The notes beneath the pieces are model-generated. The model had not been told where the DNA came from. It did not search any database and worked only from the letters and a program-made list of their open reading frames with translations. Positions 13,714-25,321 of a DNA stretch of 64,000 bases are shown here, piece after piece. Position numbers and translations under genes: made by a program. Within the stretch, counting starts at the first letter, position 1; every line of letters begins with the position of its first letter. Source of the DNA: Callorhinchus milii (taxonomy: Eukaryota); assembly GCF_018977255.1 (NCBI RefSeq), contig NW_024704743.1, forward strand, positions 5,458,001 to 5,522,000. The letters are read 5' to 3'.

Positions 13714-15170
13714 GAAGTAATCGGAAATAGAGGTAATAAGGTGTTGGCGGGATCTGAGGAGGATAACTTCCATTTTGTCAACATTGAGCTGAAGGAAGTT
13801 TAGGCTCTGTAAGAACTTCATTGGACATAGGATCAAGGTTGAAAGTAGAAAGGTTATATTTGGGTTTCATCAAAAACATGGAAATTTACACTATACCCAC
13901 TGTATTTGCTGACATACAGTCACCACTTTTGACAGCAACATTCATGAATCGTTTGGAGATGTTTCAGTTTGATTAGGCGCAATGAACAATGCCCCCAACA
14001 CAAAAAACATTACAATTTTCAAATATTAAAACACTGCATTCTGGAAAAGGATGAAAAGAGGCAGATACATCACATTGCAAGAACAAAACTGTCTCCAATA
14101 TACAGAGGAAAGTTTTATTCTGTTGCCACAACAATATACTGATCGGTCAATTCAAAAGCTGGTTACTTCAACTTCCCTGACCAAGAAAGCAACTACTGGA
14201 GCAGTACAAATTTGTTAAGACATGACACAATGCAACACATGTGTAATTACATTGTATTCTTTGTGGGTAGTCATATGAAGGCAATAATTACTCTATAGGA
14301 TACAATGCACATGATGAAAGGAGTGACAAGTGTGAACTTCAAGTGTGGTGTGTAAGGAGATTAGATACTGACAGGCAGACTGTTGCACTGAAGCGAGCTC
14401 TCTGTACAATTACAAGTCTCTAAGCAGCACAATGCATTAAGACCCAGAAACATACGTTATCTATAGCGAACTGGGGATTTATTAATCCTACTTATTCACA
14501 GTCACTGTAATAATGAGTTGCATCCATCAGTGTTATCTTTCTGAATGCAGAATATCTGAAAATGTCAATATGTAGGTTGAGTGCAGTTGCATGCAACTCC
14601 CCAAATCTTTAAATGTGCAAACATGAATTGGATTGAATGGTTGGATGGAGCGGAAGTGATCAATGTCCTTACTACCCAGAAACATCCAGAACAGCCTCCT
14701 ACAACAATGCAACTGGCAGAGAATTTGGATAGTGATACACAAACATATGTGAGGATGGCTCAGAACAACAGGTATCAATATCAAGACATGAGGATCTCAA
14801 TTAAACACCATCAGAATCAGAAAGCTGATCCCTGGTATTTATTACAGGCTTGTTAGCTTGTGACATATATCGTGGTAACATTTGTGTCCACAATAAAGCA
14901 ATTCAAATGCAAGTAAAGACAATACAGTAATTTCAATATCAGGATAATGAAAGCTGGACTGTGACAAGGCTTATCGGAAGGCTCTCGGCACCTTGTAGAA
15001 TCAGAGAATGAGTAATGCAGTAGTTGTTATAGGACTTTCAGAGGTGCTCCACGAGAACCTTGTGGTGAATGTTGGAATAGCAGAGGATGTTGTGCACTGG
15101 ATAATAGAATGACTAAACAATAGGAAACCAAAGGTCACAAGTCATGATGACCAATGGTTGTTCTAATTGG

Positions 15171-15394
15171 TATAAACACAGAAGTCACTGGGAACACCCA
15201 GTACATCAGGAAGGATCCATGGAGAGAGGAAAATGAGTTAATGTTCCAGGTCAATGACCATTCGTCAGACCTTTCGTTCTGACGAAAGGTCATTGACCTG
15301 AAACGTTAACTCCATGGATGCTGCTTGACCTGCTGTGTGTTCCCAACGACTTCTGTGTTTATTCCAGATTTCCAGCATCTGAGGTACGTTATCT
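15171..15394. mobile_element. Non-autonomous Penelope-like retroelement, inverted-repeat structure, two hammerhead motifs
   Basis: Arms of about 95 bp (15174-15269 and 15278-15360) are reverse complements. Perfect 14-bp TSD gttgttctaattgg (15157-15170 / 15395-15408). Inserted in an old CR1 RT remnant. Confidence 0.75.
15276..15310 (+). ncRNA. Minimal type I hammerhead ribozyme motif (PLE type), intact core
   Basis: GUU-CUGACGA-A-AGGUC(AUU)GACCU-GAAA-CG-UU-AAC: stem I GUU/AAC, core CUGANGA, 5-bp stem II, GAAA, palindromic ACGU helix III. Predicted cleavage after 15307. Confidence 0.7.
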
Positions 15395-15574
15395 GTTGTT
15401 CTAATTGGACCAATTGAAACCTGCAGAGTTACCCAAGGATCAGTCCAGGAACTTCTGCTCACAGCATTCTTGAATAACATAAATAAAGATATTGAAAGTA
15501 CAATGTCTAAGTTTGCAACAAATTGGTCAGAGAGGAGGGCATTTGGAAGATGTGAGCTTGAGTCAGTTGGTAAC

Positions 15575-15950
15575 CCACTTATCCCTAAGCAGAGAGCAGT
15601 AATTGAATTTCTCACAGCTCAGGGGATTTTGCAGATTGGGATTCACCATTGTATTATGAAAGTATACGGATACTTATATGTTGATGCGAGTACGGTAAAA
15701 CGCTGGGTAAATCACGTGAAAAGTGGAGAACCTAAACTTAAAATAGGTCCAGCAACAGCTGTTACTGAAGAGAATACACAGAAAGTTGATGAACTGATCT
15801 GCAAAAATCGACACATCACTCAGCATAAATTGAGTGAGAGTCTCGGTGCACCATAGAGGTGATTATTGATAACCTTGGTTAATCTAAAGTTCATGCTTGG
15901 TGGGTTCCACGAATGTTAACTGTGTTTCACAAGGAAGCCAGAGAGGCCAT
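15575..15950 (+). mobile_element. Mariner-family transposase N-terminal remnant
   Basis: KQRAVIEFL....IH..IMKVYG..YVDASTVKRWV....GE...GPATAVTEENTQKVDELI..NRHIT, then after stops KVHAWWVPRMLT (mariner WVPHEL linker motif). Confidence 0.85.
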
Positions 15951-17469
15951 TGGCATTATTTTACTGTAATACAACAACAACTTACAGTGAAATCCTGTGA
16001 AGCATACCAAGACATTTTGATGATGTGATAAGATGCTATATTGCATGCAAGGATTATTTTATTACGTTATAAAGATGATTAGTTTCAGACTGCAAAGCCT
16101 CAGAAAGGCGAAAGAATGTGCTATTCTATTTTCATAGCATTCGTAGGTTGGAAAATAAATTAAAAATTCTCATGTGGAGCATCTTCAATTGGGATTGCTG
16201 AATAGCAATGAAGAAAACATAGCCTATTTTCCCCAGGCAGCACGTTGACAAGTGATTTAATTGAGTGCGGATGGGAGAGGGAGGAGAAGAGAAACCGCGG
16301 CATGGATTGCTGAATAGCAATCAGTAGGGGGAATGCTAGCTAAAAAAGTTACCAGGGATTAAACCTGTAATTGTTCACATTGAACAACTTCTGAATGGTA
16401 TTGAAGTGCTCTTTATATTCATTCCTAAGTACTGTAATTACACATTAAAATACTCTTCTGCAGAATACTTAACCAAATAGAAATTACTACAAAATGTCTT
16501 CATAGAACAGTGTTTAATTCCCAGAGTGGTTTATTCTGATGGTGAAAGTATTGGAGTCAGGAGATCTCACGCAAAATGCAAAAGTAGTGCTTTTGAATTA
16601 AATTGACACATGAGAGCATAAGATCTAGCAAGATATCCAGCAATGACTTGCACTTTTACGCACCTTTCACATAGGATAAGTACTTTACCAAGACAACGGG
16701 GGTCTGGGCCAAAGGGTCTTTTTCATCCCAACTGTTCTTGTGAGTCATCAGCGCCTTGGGACGTCCTCCCGACGTGAAAGGCGCTCTATAAATGCAATCT
16801 TGTTGTTGTTGTTGGGGGGCGGGAGGGGGAATTAATTCCAAAAGTATTATTTAGGCAATGGCTAGCTCTGAAACAGCATTTTTTGCTTTACTTAGGAGCA
16901 CAAGCAGACTGGGTGGAAGAGGTAGAATCCCAGGCAAGCATGATCCCATTTTTACCTAATGTTTATTCAGTAGGCATCTGATAGAGGCTGTCAGTTACAA
17001 ATAGAATCCAATAATTTGCTTTTATAACTCTGTGTTAAAAGCATTCTGTGTTAACAGCAATAGAACTACAAATGTAAATCACGGGTCTGGGGAAAGGGCA
17101 GGGAAATGGGACTGAATGGATTGCCAGTACAGACACAATGGGCTGAATAGGCTTCTTTTGTGCTTTAATGTCAATGGTTCTATGGTTCTAAATGTGCAAT
17201 ATTTTTTAAGAGAGACAGGGATCGAAAATGCAGGATCATTGTTATTATTGCTATTATTATTATCATCATCATCATTATTGCTATTATTACTATTATTGTT
17301 CCGTCACAATCCCTTTCCAGATGAGTTGGAATAGAGATGCCATGGATCAATGTGACCCACACAATATTTACTGATCAGGCTGTAAACATTGCATTTTAAC
17401 TCCCATTGTCCATTCAGTGCAAAAACATATGCAAATAGGCGGGTCAGCAGCTCTACAATGTACATCACC

Positions 17470-18075
17470 GATGTGCTCATACACGTATTCATAACATTGA
17501 GGCTTGACTATGCAAACTCCTTGCTTGTCGGCCTCCCCAACTCCTCCCTTCTTAAGCTGCAGATCATCCAGAACTCTTGCAGTCCGTGTCCTCTCCCGCA
17601 CCAGGCTCTGTGACCCTCCTATCCTCGCCCGGCTGCACTGGCTTCCCATCACAGAGGATACAATTCAAGATCCTGATCCGCACCTTCAAAGCCCTCCATA
17701 GCCTTGCTCCCTCCCTACCTCAGTGACTTCCTGACCCCCAACCATCCTGCTCGCTCTCTCTGCTCAGCGGGCTCCGACCTGCTTCACGTCCCCTGCCTCG
17801 CCTGCCCCACCATTGGTGGCCGGGCTTTCTACCACTCTGCCCCCACCCTCTAGAACTCCATCCCACAGTCCCTCCGCCTCGCGCCCTCCCTTGCCTCCTT
17901 CAAGACCCTCATCTTCGACCATGCTTTTGATCACCCTGCTCCCGCCTCTGCCATCCAACCTCCCCAATCCCGACCTCCAGCTCGGGTCCGAAACACTGAC
18001 TTTACAGCACCTTGGAATGTCCTCCCGACGTGAAAAACGCTATACAAATGTAACTTTGTTATTGTTGTTGTTGTT
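17470..18075 (+). mobile_element. L2 3' end
   Basis: RLDYANSLLVGLP...LQIIQN, PILARLHWLP, then tail cctcccgacgtgaaa...(TTG)n. Confidence 0.88.
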
Positions 18076-20334
18076 CTGTCAATCAAAAACACATGAGCAC
18101 AGAAAGTCATTTCACAATATATACACACATAACCTACAAGCTCAAAAGAGTTCATCAGAAGAGTCACATGTTTCAATGGTGTCACGGAGTGACTGCTTTT
18201 AAACTCAACAGCTGGGAGGGGGGAAGAAAGTGTAAAGGGCATTTATATCTGCATTAAGTTGTAGTTCTGGATTCTTTCCCGTAGGCTATACATAGCAATT
18301 TCTGAAGAGTTTCCTACACAGAAGTAAAAGTAAAAAAAAGGTATTCTATCTTGAATGTGCCTTAATCTGAGTGAGGCCTCACTCTATGGTAGTAAGGCGA
18401 AAAGAGTAACTTGAGAAAATTATGAATCACTGTAAGAGATCCCTTATTCTTCAGCACATTCTAAATTATCCACACGCCATCGCCTCTACATTGTGCAGTT
18501 TCACTTTATTCTATATTTAGCTCTGTATGTTCATCAAAAAATAAATGAGTGGTCCCTGCTACAACTGAAAACTTTACCATTGCAGATATCCGGATAATGA
18601 GAAGCCAGGCCGGTTCCATTAAAGCAATGTAAATGATCACGCCATTTTTTTGAAAGTCAGTGCAGAAAAACACTCCTGAATTGCTTTTAAAAGGCAAGTG
18701 AACAGAAACGTTTAAGAACGTTAGTCATTTGCTACAGCACTTGAATTCATTTTTAAAAAATATTTCAAAAGTAGTCTGTTGCCATGGCATTTGTGAGTCA
18801 TAACACAGTTAAGGGTATGAAGCTTCAATGGCCAGCTCTTTATGCAGTAAATGGAGCAATATTTTTTTTTAAATGGTAAAACATTAGATAGTATTCATTT
18901 GGATTAGGGAGCGGAGGAAAAGAGGGAGAGAATGCAGCTGCCTACAGTACCCAAGATCTTTTAATATAATTATATAAATATAATTTCAATGACTTGTGTT
19001 TTGCTGTGCATTATTGTCCTATCTTTCCCTGTATGAGATCCTGTATTTCCTTCACTGCACCTCCTCAAAAGCGGGTCATTTCACAGTCACTATTTTTCTT
19101 CATGGACAAATGGTACTCTTTTCAGTAATGTACTCCTGTTTCTGGGGGCTACAGAAACAGAGCGGAACTTCTGTCCACAGCACTCTATATATATTTCATG
19201 GTAATCCCCTGCCAAAACAAAACGTCGTGAAGTCAGTGCTAAATATGTGATCCCACATGCATTTAGGTCCTGCGTCACTCAGCAGGATTAACCTTTGACC
19301 TTCATTACATCCTTTATACTATGCTCAAAGACCCTCTCAAATAAAGGTTACAGGTTAGAAACCTTTTCAAAACAAGACTTACCTTACAAAAAAAAAGCCA
19401 TGTAACTGTCAAGTGGTCCAAGATGCCGCCCCATGCGAAGGGCAAATTGTTGTACACATCAATTGTTATATAAATGCAAGTTTTTGGATACGTCAAATTG
19501 ACTCAGCCGTAGCACATGCGCCTTGGGATCAGATGATTGCATTCAATAATTCCTCATCGGGACATAAGCTTGCAGTCCAGGCTAACACTCCAGGGCACTA
19601 CCCAAGGGTGCAGTATTGTCAGAGGTATTGTCTTTGAATGAGGCTTTAAACTACTCAAGTGGACACTTAAGAACCATGACACTATTTGAAAAGAGAAAGG
19701 AATCTGTCCCAGTAAACTTGGCAATAACACTCCAAATCAGCTGGTCATTTACTTAATATATCTTTATGGGATTTTGCCAGGAGAATCTCCCTTCTATTTT
19801 CGAATGGTGCCATGGGATTTATAATATCCACCTGAACTGGCAGATGGGACCTCAGTTTAATGTCTCAGCCGAAGGATGGTATGTATAAAATAACGACACT
19901 CAACGTTTTTGTTTTTTTGAAGGATTATCCCCGGATAAGTGATCCGCCAATCAACTAACAACTGGGTTCCTACTTACTACCAGGTAAAAACAGAGGCGAG
20001 TGGAGTAAGGAAAACTTGCCCAACCTGCCAGGAATCAAACTCAGGTCTCTCATTCGTGAGGTGAGTGCTCTAACCACTGAGCTACAGGACTCAAACTCTA
20101 CTGTAATCTTTTAGTTTATTTTAGAAATTAGACAGACTGTTTTGGGAACTCTAGAAATTTCTTCTATGACCCCTTGTTTTTTGAAGACATTAAAAAAGAA
20201 TAACGTATTCAGCAATGTTCTATGAATAAAATGCTTTCACTGACATGATCAAAGCATCAGCTCCCAGGGTGGACTGAAACTTGCTAGTGATGTGATCTGG
20301 AGAAATTGAAAATCGACTGCTACAGCCCATAAAC

Positions 20335-20870
20335 ATTACAACAACAACAAGATTTCATTGACAGAGTGCCTTTCACGTCAGGAGGACCCGAGCAGGGGAG
20401 AAATGGTGAGGGGAGGGAAGGGAGGGAGCGAGGAGAGGGTAGAGAGTCGAGAGGGGAGCTGAAGGCTCGGTCAAAGAGAAAGGTCTTCAGTCCGGCCTTG
20501 AAGGAGGAAAGGGAGGAAGCGGCGAAGGCACTGGGGGATGGAGTTCCAGAGCCTCGGGGCTGAGAGGCTGAAGGCCCGACCACCGATGGTAGAGCGGGGG
20601 ATGTGGAGCAGACCGGAGCCAGAGGAACGGAGGGTACGGGCAGGTAAGTAGGGGAATAGTAGGTCAGAGAGGTAGGAGGGTGCGAGGCCGTGAATGGCCT
20701 TGTAGGTGAGGATGAGGATCTTGAATTCGATCCTCTGGGGGATGGGGAGCCAGTGGAGGCGAGCGAGGGTGGGAGTGATGTGGTCGCGAAGCCTGGTGCG
20801 GGACAGTACACGAGCTGCAGAGTTCTGAATGACCTGCAGCTTGTGGAGGGAGGTGCCGCGAAGGCCGGCG
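20335..20870 (-). mobile_element. L2 3' end
   Basis: LQVIQNSAARVL...HITPTLARLHWLPIPQRIEFKIL...GGRAFS..APRLWN; (CAA)n tail. Confidence 0.9.
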
Positions 20871-21320
20871 AGGAGAGATAATAAAACATCAAATAGCATC
20901 ATTAGAATTCCACAAACTGGAAACAGCTGGGACACAAACCAACATTACCAAAGTGCTTTTTATTTAAAGGAAACGTCTCAAAGCGCTTTGCAGAAGGTGA
21001 TTCATGAGAAACAAAGTGAACGTTATGTTGGCATCTTTGGCAGCTAATTTGTGCCAACGTGCTACACAATAAACAGGAGCCCAAATTTCCACCCAGTCGT
21101 GGCCCATACAACCATTTTGCCTTAAAATGTATGATTGTGCAGAAATGTGGAAAAACATCAATGGCATTTTAATTTGGAAATTGTTTTCCTGCAGTTCTTA
21201 AAAAGAACACGGTTCCAATTTAAGAATTTTCCACAATTATGTGCAATCTTAAAGTTTGAGTTTGGATGAAAAGGGACACAGGGAAACTTTGCATGCTCCA
21301 GCCTACAACTAGCAGGAGGG

Positions 21321-21652
21321 AATAATAATAATAATAATAATAATAATCCTTGCATTTGATATAGCGCTTTTCACGTCGGGAGGACGTCCCAAAGCGCTTC
21401 ACAGAATATACTGTAAAGTGAATTGACTGTATATTTGTGGGCGAACGCGGCAGCTAATTGCGCACAGCAATGTCCCACAAACAGTCGTGGATTGAAAATG
21501 ACCAATTTATTATTGGTTTTGGTTTTGGAGGGATTATTATTAGGCTCTGTGTGGAGTGAGGAAACTTGCCCAAGGTCTCGCCCTGCCTGGAATTGAACTC
21601 AGGTCTCTCACTTGCAAAGCAAGTGCTCTAACCACTGAGCTACAGGACTCCA
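21321..21652 (-). mobile_element. Young tRNA(Ala-TGC-like)-headed Deu-domain SINE with L2-type tail
   Basis: Head tggagtcctgtagctcagtggttagagc (A box), ttgcaag loop, gagttcaattcc (B box). Deu core tgtgggacattgctgtgcgcaattagctgccgcgtt; tail ending in (TTA)n. Confidence 0.9.
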
Positions 21653-21816
21653 CGGAATGGAACAAAGAGAAGAAAGAATGAATGACAAAGCTCAAACATA
21701 TTATTATTTGAAATACTTGCATTTAATATAGCACCTTTCACTCCAGGAGGAGGTCCCAAAGCACATTATAGGATTTACTATGAAGTAGAGAAATTATGTC
21801 TTTGTAAAGCACATTG

Positions 21817-22136
21817 TGGAGTCCTGTAGCTCAGTGGTTAGAGCACTCACTTTGCAAGTGAGAGACCTGAGTTCAATTCCAGGCAGAGGGCGAAACCTTG
21901 GGCAAGTTTCCTTACTCCACACACAGCCTCATAATAATCCCTCCAAAAAAACAAAACAATAATAAATTGGTCATTTTCAATCTACGACTGTTTGTGGGAC
22001 ATTGCTGTGCGCAATTGGTTGCCGCGTTCGCCCACAAATATACAGTCAATTCGCTTTACCGTGTGTTCTGCGAAGCACTTTGGGATGTCCTCCCGACGTG
22101 AAAAGCGCTATATCAAATGCAAGGATTATTATTATT
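21817..22136 (+). mobile_element. Young Deu-domain SINE, full length
   Basis: Near-identical in reverse complement to 21321-21652. Confidence 0.9.
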
Positions 22137-22139
22137 TTT

Positions 22140-22460
22140 TGCGCATAACAATATCCCACAGACGGACAAGAAAAGAATGACCAATTTTATTTGGGAAATT
22201 ATTAGCTAGGACATCGGGAGAAACTCTCTTCTCTTTGAATTGTGCATTGGGTTCTCTAACATCCACTTGAACCAGCAGACAAGACCTCGATTTAACGTCT
22301 CATCCGAAAAGCTGCACCTTCCACATTGCAACATGTCCCCAGTACTGCACTGGATTGTCGTCTTAAACAATGTAAATTTCTGTCCCGAAGTGGGGCTTGA
22401 ACCCCAAACCTTCTGACTCGTGAGGCTAGAGTGCAGCCAAGTGAGCGAGACTGACACAGC
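22140..22460 (-). mobile_element. Ancient SacSINE1/AmnSINE-like Deu-SINE (different tRNA head, full Deu domain)
   Basis: ttttcggatgagacgttaaatcgaggtc..gtctgc..ttcaagtggatgt..agaa.ccaatgcac is the 5' Deu-domain pattern. Many similar fragments, e.g. 7220-7540, 27900-28180, 33670-34000. Confidence 0.7.
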
Positions 22461-25175
22461 ACAGTCTTGATCTACAGATTACATTATGGTAGACAAGAGT
22501 TTTCAGCTGAAGATGAATTTAGCAGCTCAAGGAAACACTACAGAAAATACAATCTTTCTCCTGAAAGACCAGAAAATGAGGAGATTTAAAAAGAATTCTG
22601 AAAAGGATTGCCACAACAGAGTTTTGTAAAGTATTGAAATGCTGTGGAATTAAGGACAGAATAGAGCAGCTAAAATTTAGGACACTCGCAAGCAGTAACC
22701 TCATTTAATTCACCTTGAATTAAACAGCACGGCTTTTGTTCTGAGGCTGAAGGATTGCTTTTGAATTAAGAATCAAAACTTTATTCAGCACTGCTACACA
22801 AAATACTGTGAGTATCTAAAGAGTATAAATTTAACGTAATCACACAAGGAATTAAATAATTAAAGCTTAGAAAACATTTCTTTACACAGAGCACGGTGAC
22901 AACGTATACATCGATTATTTTAAAAGGGAATTGAATAGATTCTTGAAGAGGTGGTTTATTAACAAGTATAGGGAGCGAGCATGAGAGTAAGATTAGCTTA
23001 GGTGGCTCATGTGGAGAAAACACCAGCACACAACAGCACAGACTTGATGGGTTTCTGTGCTGTGACAATCTATAACACACCCTGGTGCGGGCTTGAGCTA
23101 GCCAATTGAATGGCACTTGAGATCATGAGTGTCTGCTGCTCTGCCAAGCCTCGCCCAAAAGACGGTTCAAGGTAATGAGTTCAGGGCACACCTTCCTGCA
23201 GCTTGAAATCCTCAATTGGCAGCAAGAATTCTATTACTCACAGCCCACAGTCCAATATGTCAGAAGAGTGAGAGAATGTTAAAGCAAAGGAACAGACCAT
23301 CAAGCCTGCGCCTGTGTTTTTCTTTTGATGAACCACTTAATCTAATCCCATTCTCCTGCTCGTTTCCTGGACCATTTAATATTCCTCTTTTTCAAGCATC
23401 AATGCCATTCCATTTTAAATGATGGACCAAATGGCCTTTTACTATGTGGTAATAATAATAATCTTTGCATATGATAAAGCTTCAATAAAATATCTGTGAA
23501 TTTATGGACTCTGCTTCAGCAGAGAATCCCACAATCCAAAATTACCATTTTTTCTTACCTCCCTAAAGTATAATAATAATTCTTATATTTGACATAGCAC
23601 TTTATTGTGTTGTCGAGATGACTTAAAGCATTTAACAGGAATTACTAAAAGATAATGATTGTGTATTTTGTAGCTGGACGTGGCTGCCAATTTGCACAGA
23701 GCAGTGTCCCACTATGACCAATGACCATTTTTTTCTGGGGGAATGTTGGCTAGGACACCTGGAGAAACTCCCTTCTTTTTTGAATAGTACCATGGGATAT
23801 TTAATGTCCAACTAAATAGGTAGACAAGCAGATTGGATACTTTTGTTGCATCAATCAAGATGTATAACTTTTCAGAGGTAATAATCCCTCCCCCAAAAAT
23901 TTATAATAATTTGGTGATTCAATCCACAATGCGGGACCCTGCTGCGTGAAATTGGCTGCTGCGTTTTGCCCACAAAATACACAGTAAACCCACTTTAAAA
24001 TACATTCTGTGAAGCGCTGTGTGACTTCTCAACGATGTGATAAGTCGCTATATCAAAGGCAAGTATTATATTACCGTATTTAATTCCAGTAAAGAGACAC
24101 TAAACCACCCATACACAGTAGGCAATCAAGGGAGTCATACGGAGGGTTGGAAGTGTAGAAATCTATCAGCTAATCAGTAAAACCAGCAATTGGAATCACC
24201 GATCAATGCTTGCCAGAGGAATGTGACTAATCACTTACAGAAACATTCTTTGTATGCTCTGAGATATTACACTGCAACTGAGGTGTGCTCAAGTCAGAAA
24301 TACCAGGGCCTGTATGGGAAGAAAGCAAGTCAGTTACACCATCGATAGTGTAGTCCCACCTCAAGTACAAAACAATCATGGAAACCCAATAATGAGAAAA
24401 TATATCCAATTTGGACTATGTATGTCCCTTGCTTGGGATCTTTACTTCACCATAACTATTTTATTAAACTGCTGCAATGCTCCCATTTGTAGTCAAGCTT
24501 TCAGCCATATGCCCTCTTCTTTTAGAACTCTCTCCCAAATTCCTTTGCCTTGCATTCTCTCACACCATACTCAAAACACCTTTTCACTTTGCATTCAAAA
24601 CTCTGTTAAAATGTAGCTTTTTGAACGTCCCTTTGGTTAACACCCTCAAACACCCCTTTCTTTCCTCCCATCTTGGTAATCCCAATCATCATCAGAAGTG
24701 CCTCAAAATGTTAATCGCACATAAAGATTGCTATATAAATACTGATTCCTGCCGTTGTTTAGATAAAGCAGTCAAGGGAAGGTGACTTCAGCGAAAGAAG
24801 TTTTTACTGTGTTGAGCAGATCATGGGATACGATCCTGAAATTAACTGTGCTGGGACTCAAAGTATGCCTCCTTCATTGGCCAACTTGATACAGCGTTGT
24901 GTAATGTGTGGCACTGTTTTTGGAATTGGCTTTGGTTTACACTATGTCGGCAGACAGCTGCAGCGGAAGCTGTGAGCCGCCTCGTAGATCAGAGACTTAG
25001 GATCACAAGGAAACCATTCTCTTTCTGAAAATAGTCTGGACAATGGTTTATCTTGATTTTCTAAGAATCCGAATTAGCCGTTTCCACTAAACACAGTGTC
25101 AGTTTGGTTCAGTTTGAAGTGTACTCGCCTCTGGCTTAGTTTGCGAGCCTCATATAATGAGTTGGGTCACATTAG

Positions 25176-25321
25176 AAAATAAAAGCAGAAGTCGCTGGGA
25201 ACACTCAGCAGGTCAGGCAGCATCTATGGAGAAAGGAAACTGAGTCAACGTTTCGGGTCCACGACCTTTCTTCAGAATTGTCTTTGTTTTCAGATTTCCA
25301 GCATCTGTAGTATTTTGTGCT
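25176..25321. mobile_element. Second copy of the hammerhead-bearing Penelope-like element (one motif on - strand, 25242-25279)
   Basis: Same arm sequence (cagaagtcgctgggaacactcagcaggtcaggcagcatctatggag...). 14-bp TSD ttgggtca(c/t)attag at 25162-25175 / 25322-25335. Minus strand reads CUGAAGA-A-AGGUC(GUG)GACCC-GAAACGUU. Confidence 0.7.

Larger units (their letters stand above)
14580..15530 (+). mobile_element. Very old CR1-like LINE remnant hosting the hammerhead element
   Basis: Degenerate DF..A / V.QGSV / INKDIESTMSKFA motifs on either side of the 15171-15394 insertion. Confidence 0.55.

Noticed and set aside
21817..21890. tRNA-Ala(TGC)-like gene
   Set aside because: No proper acceptor stem; it is the head of a SINE present in several copies.
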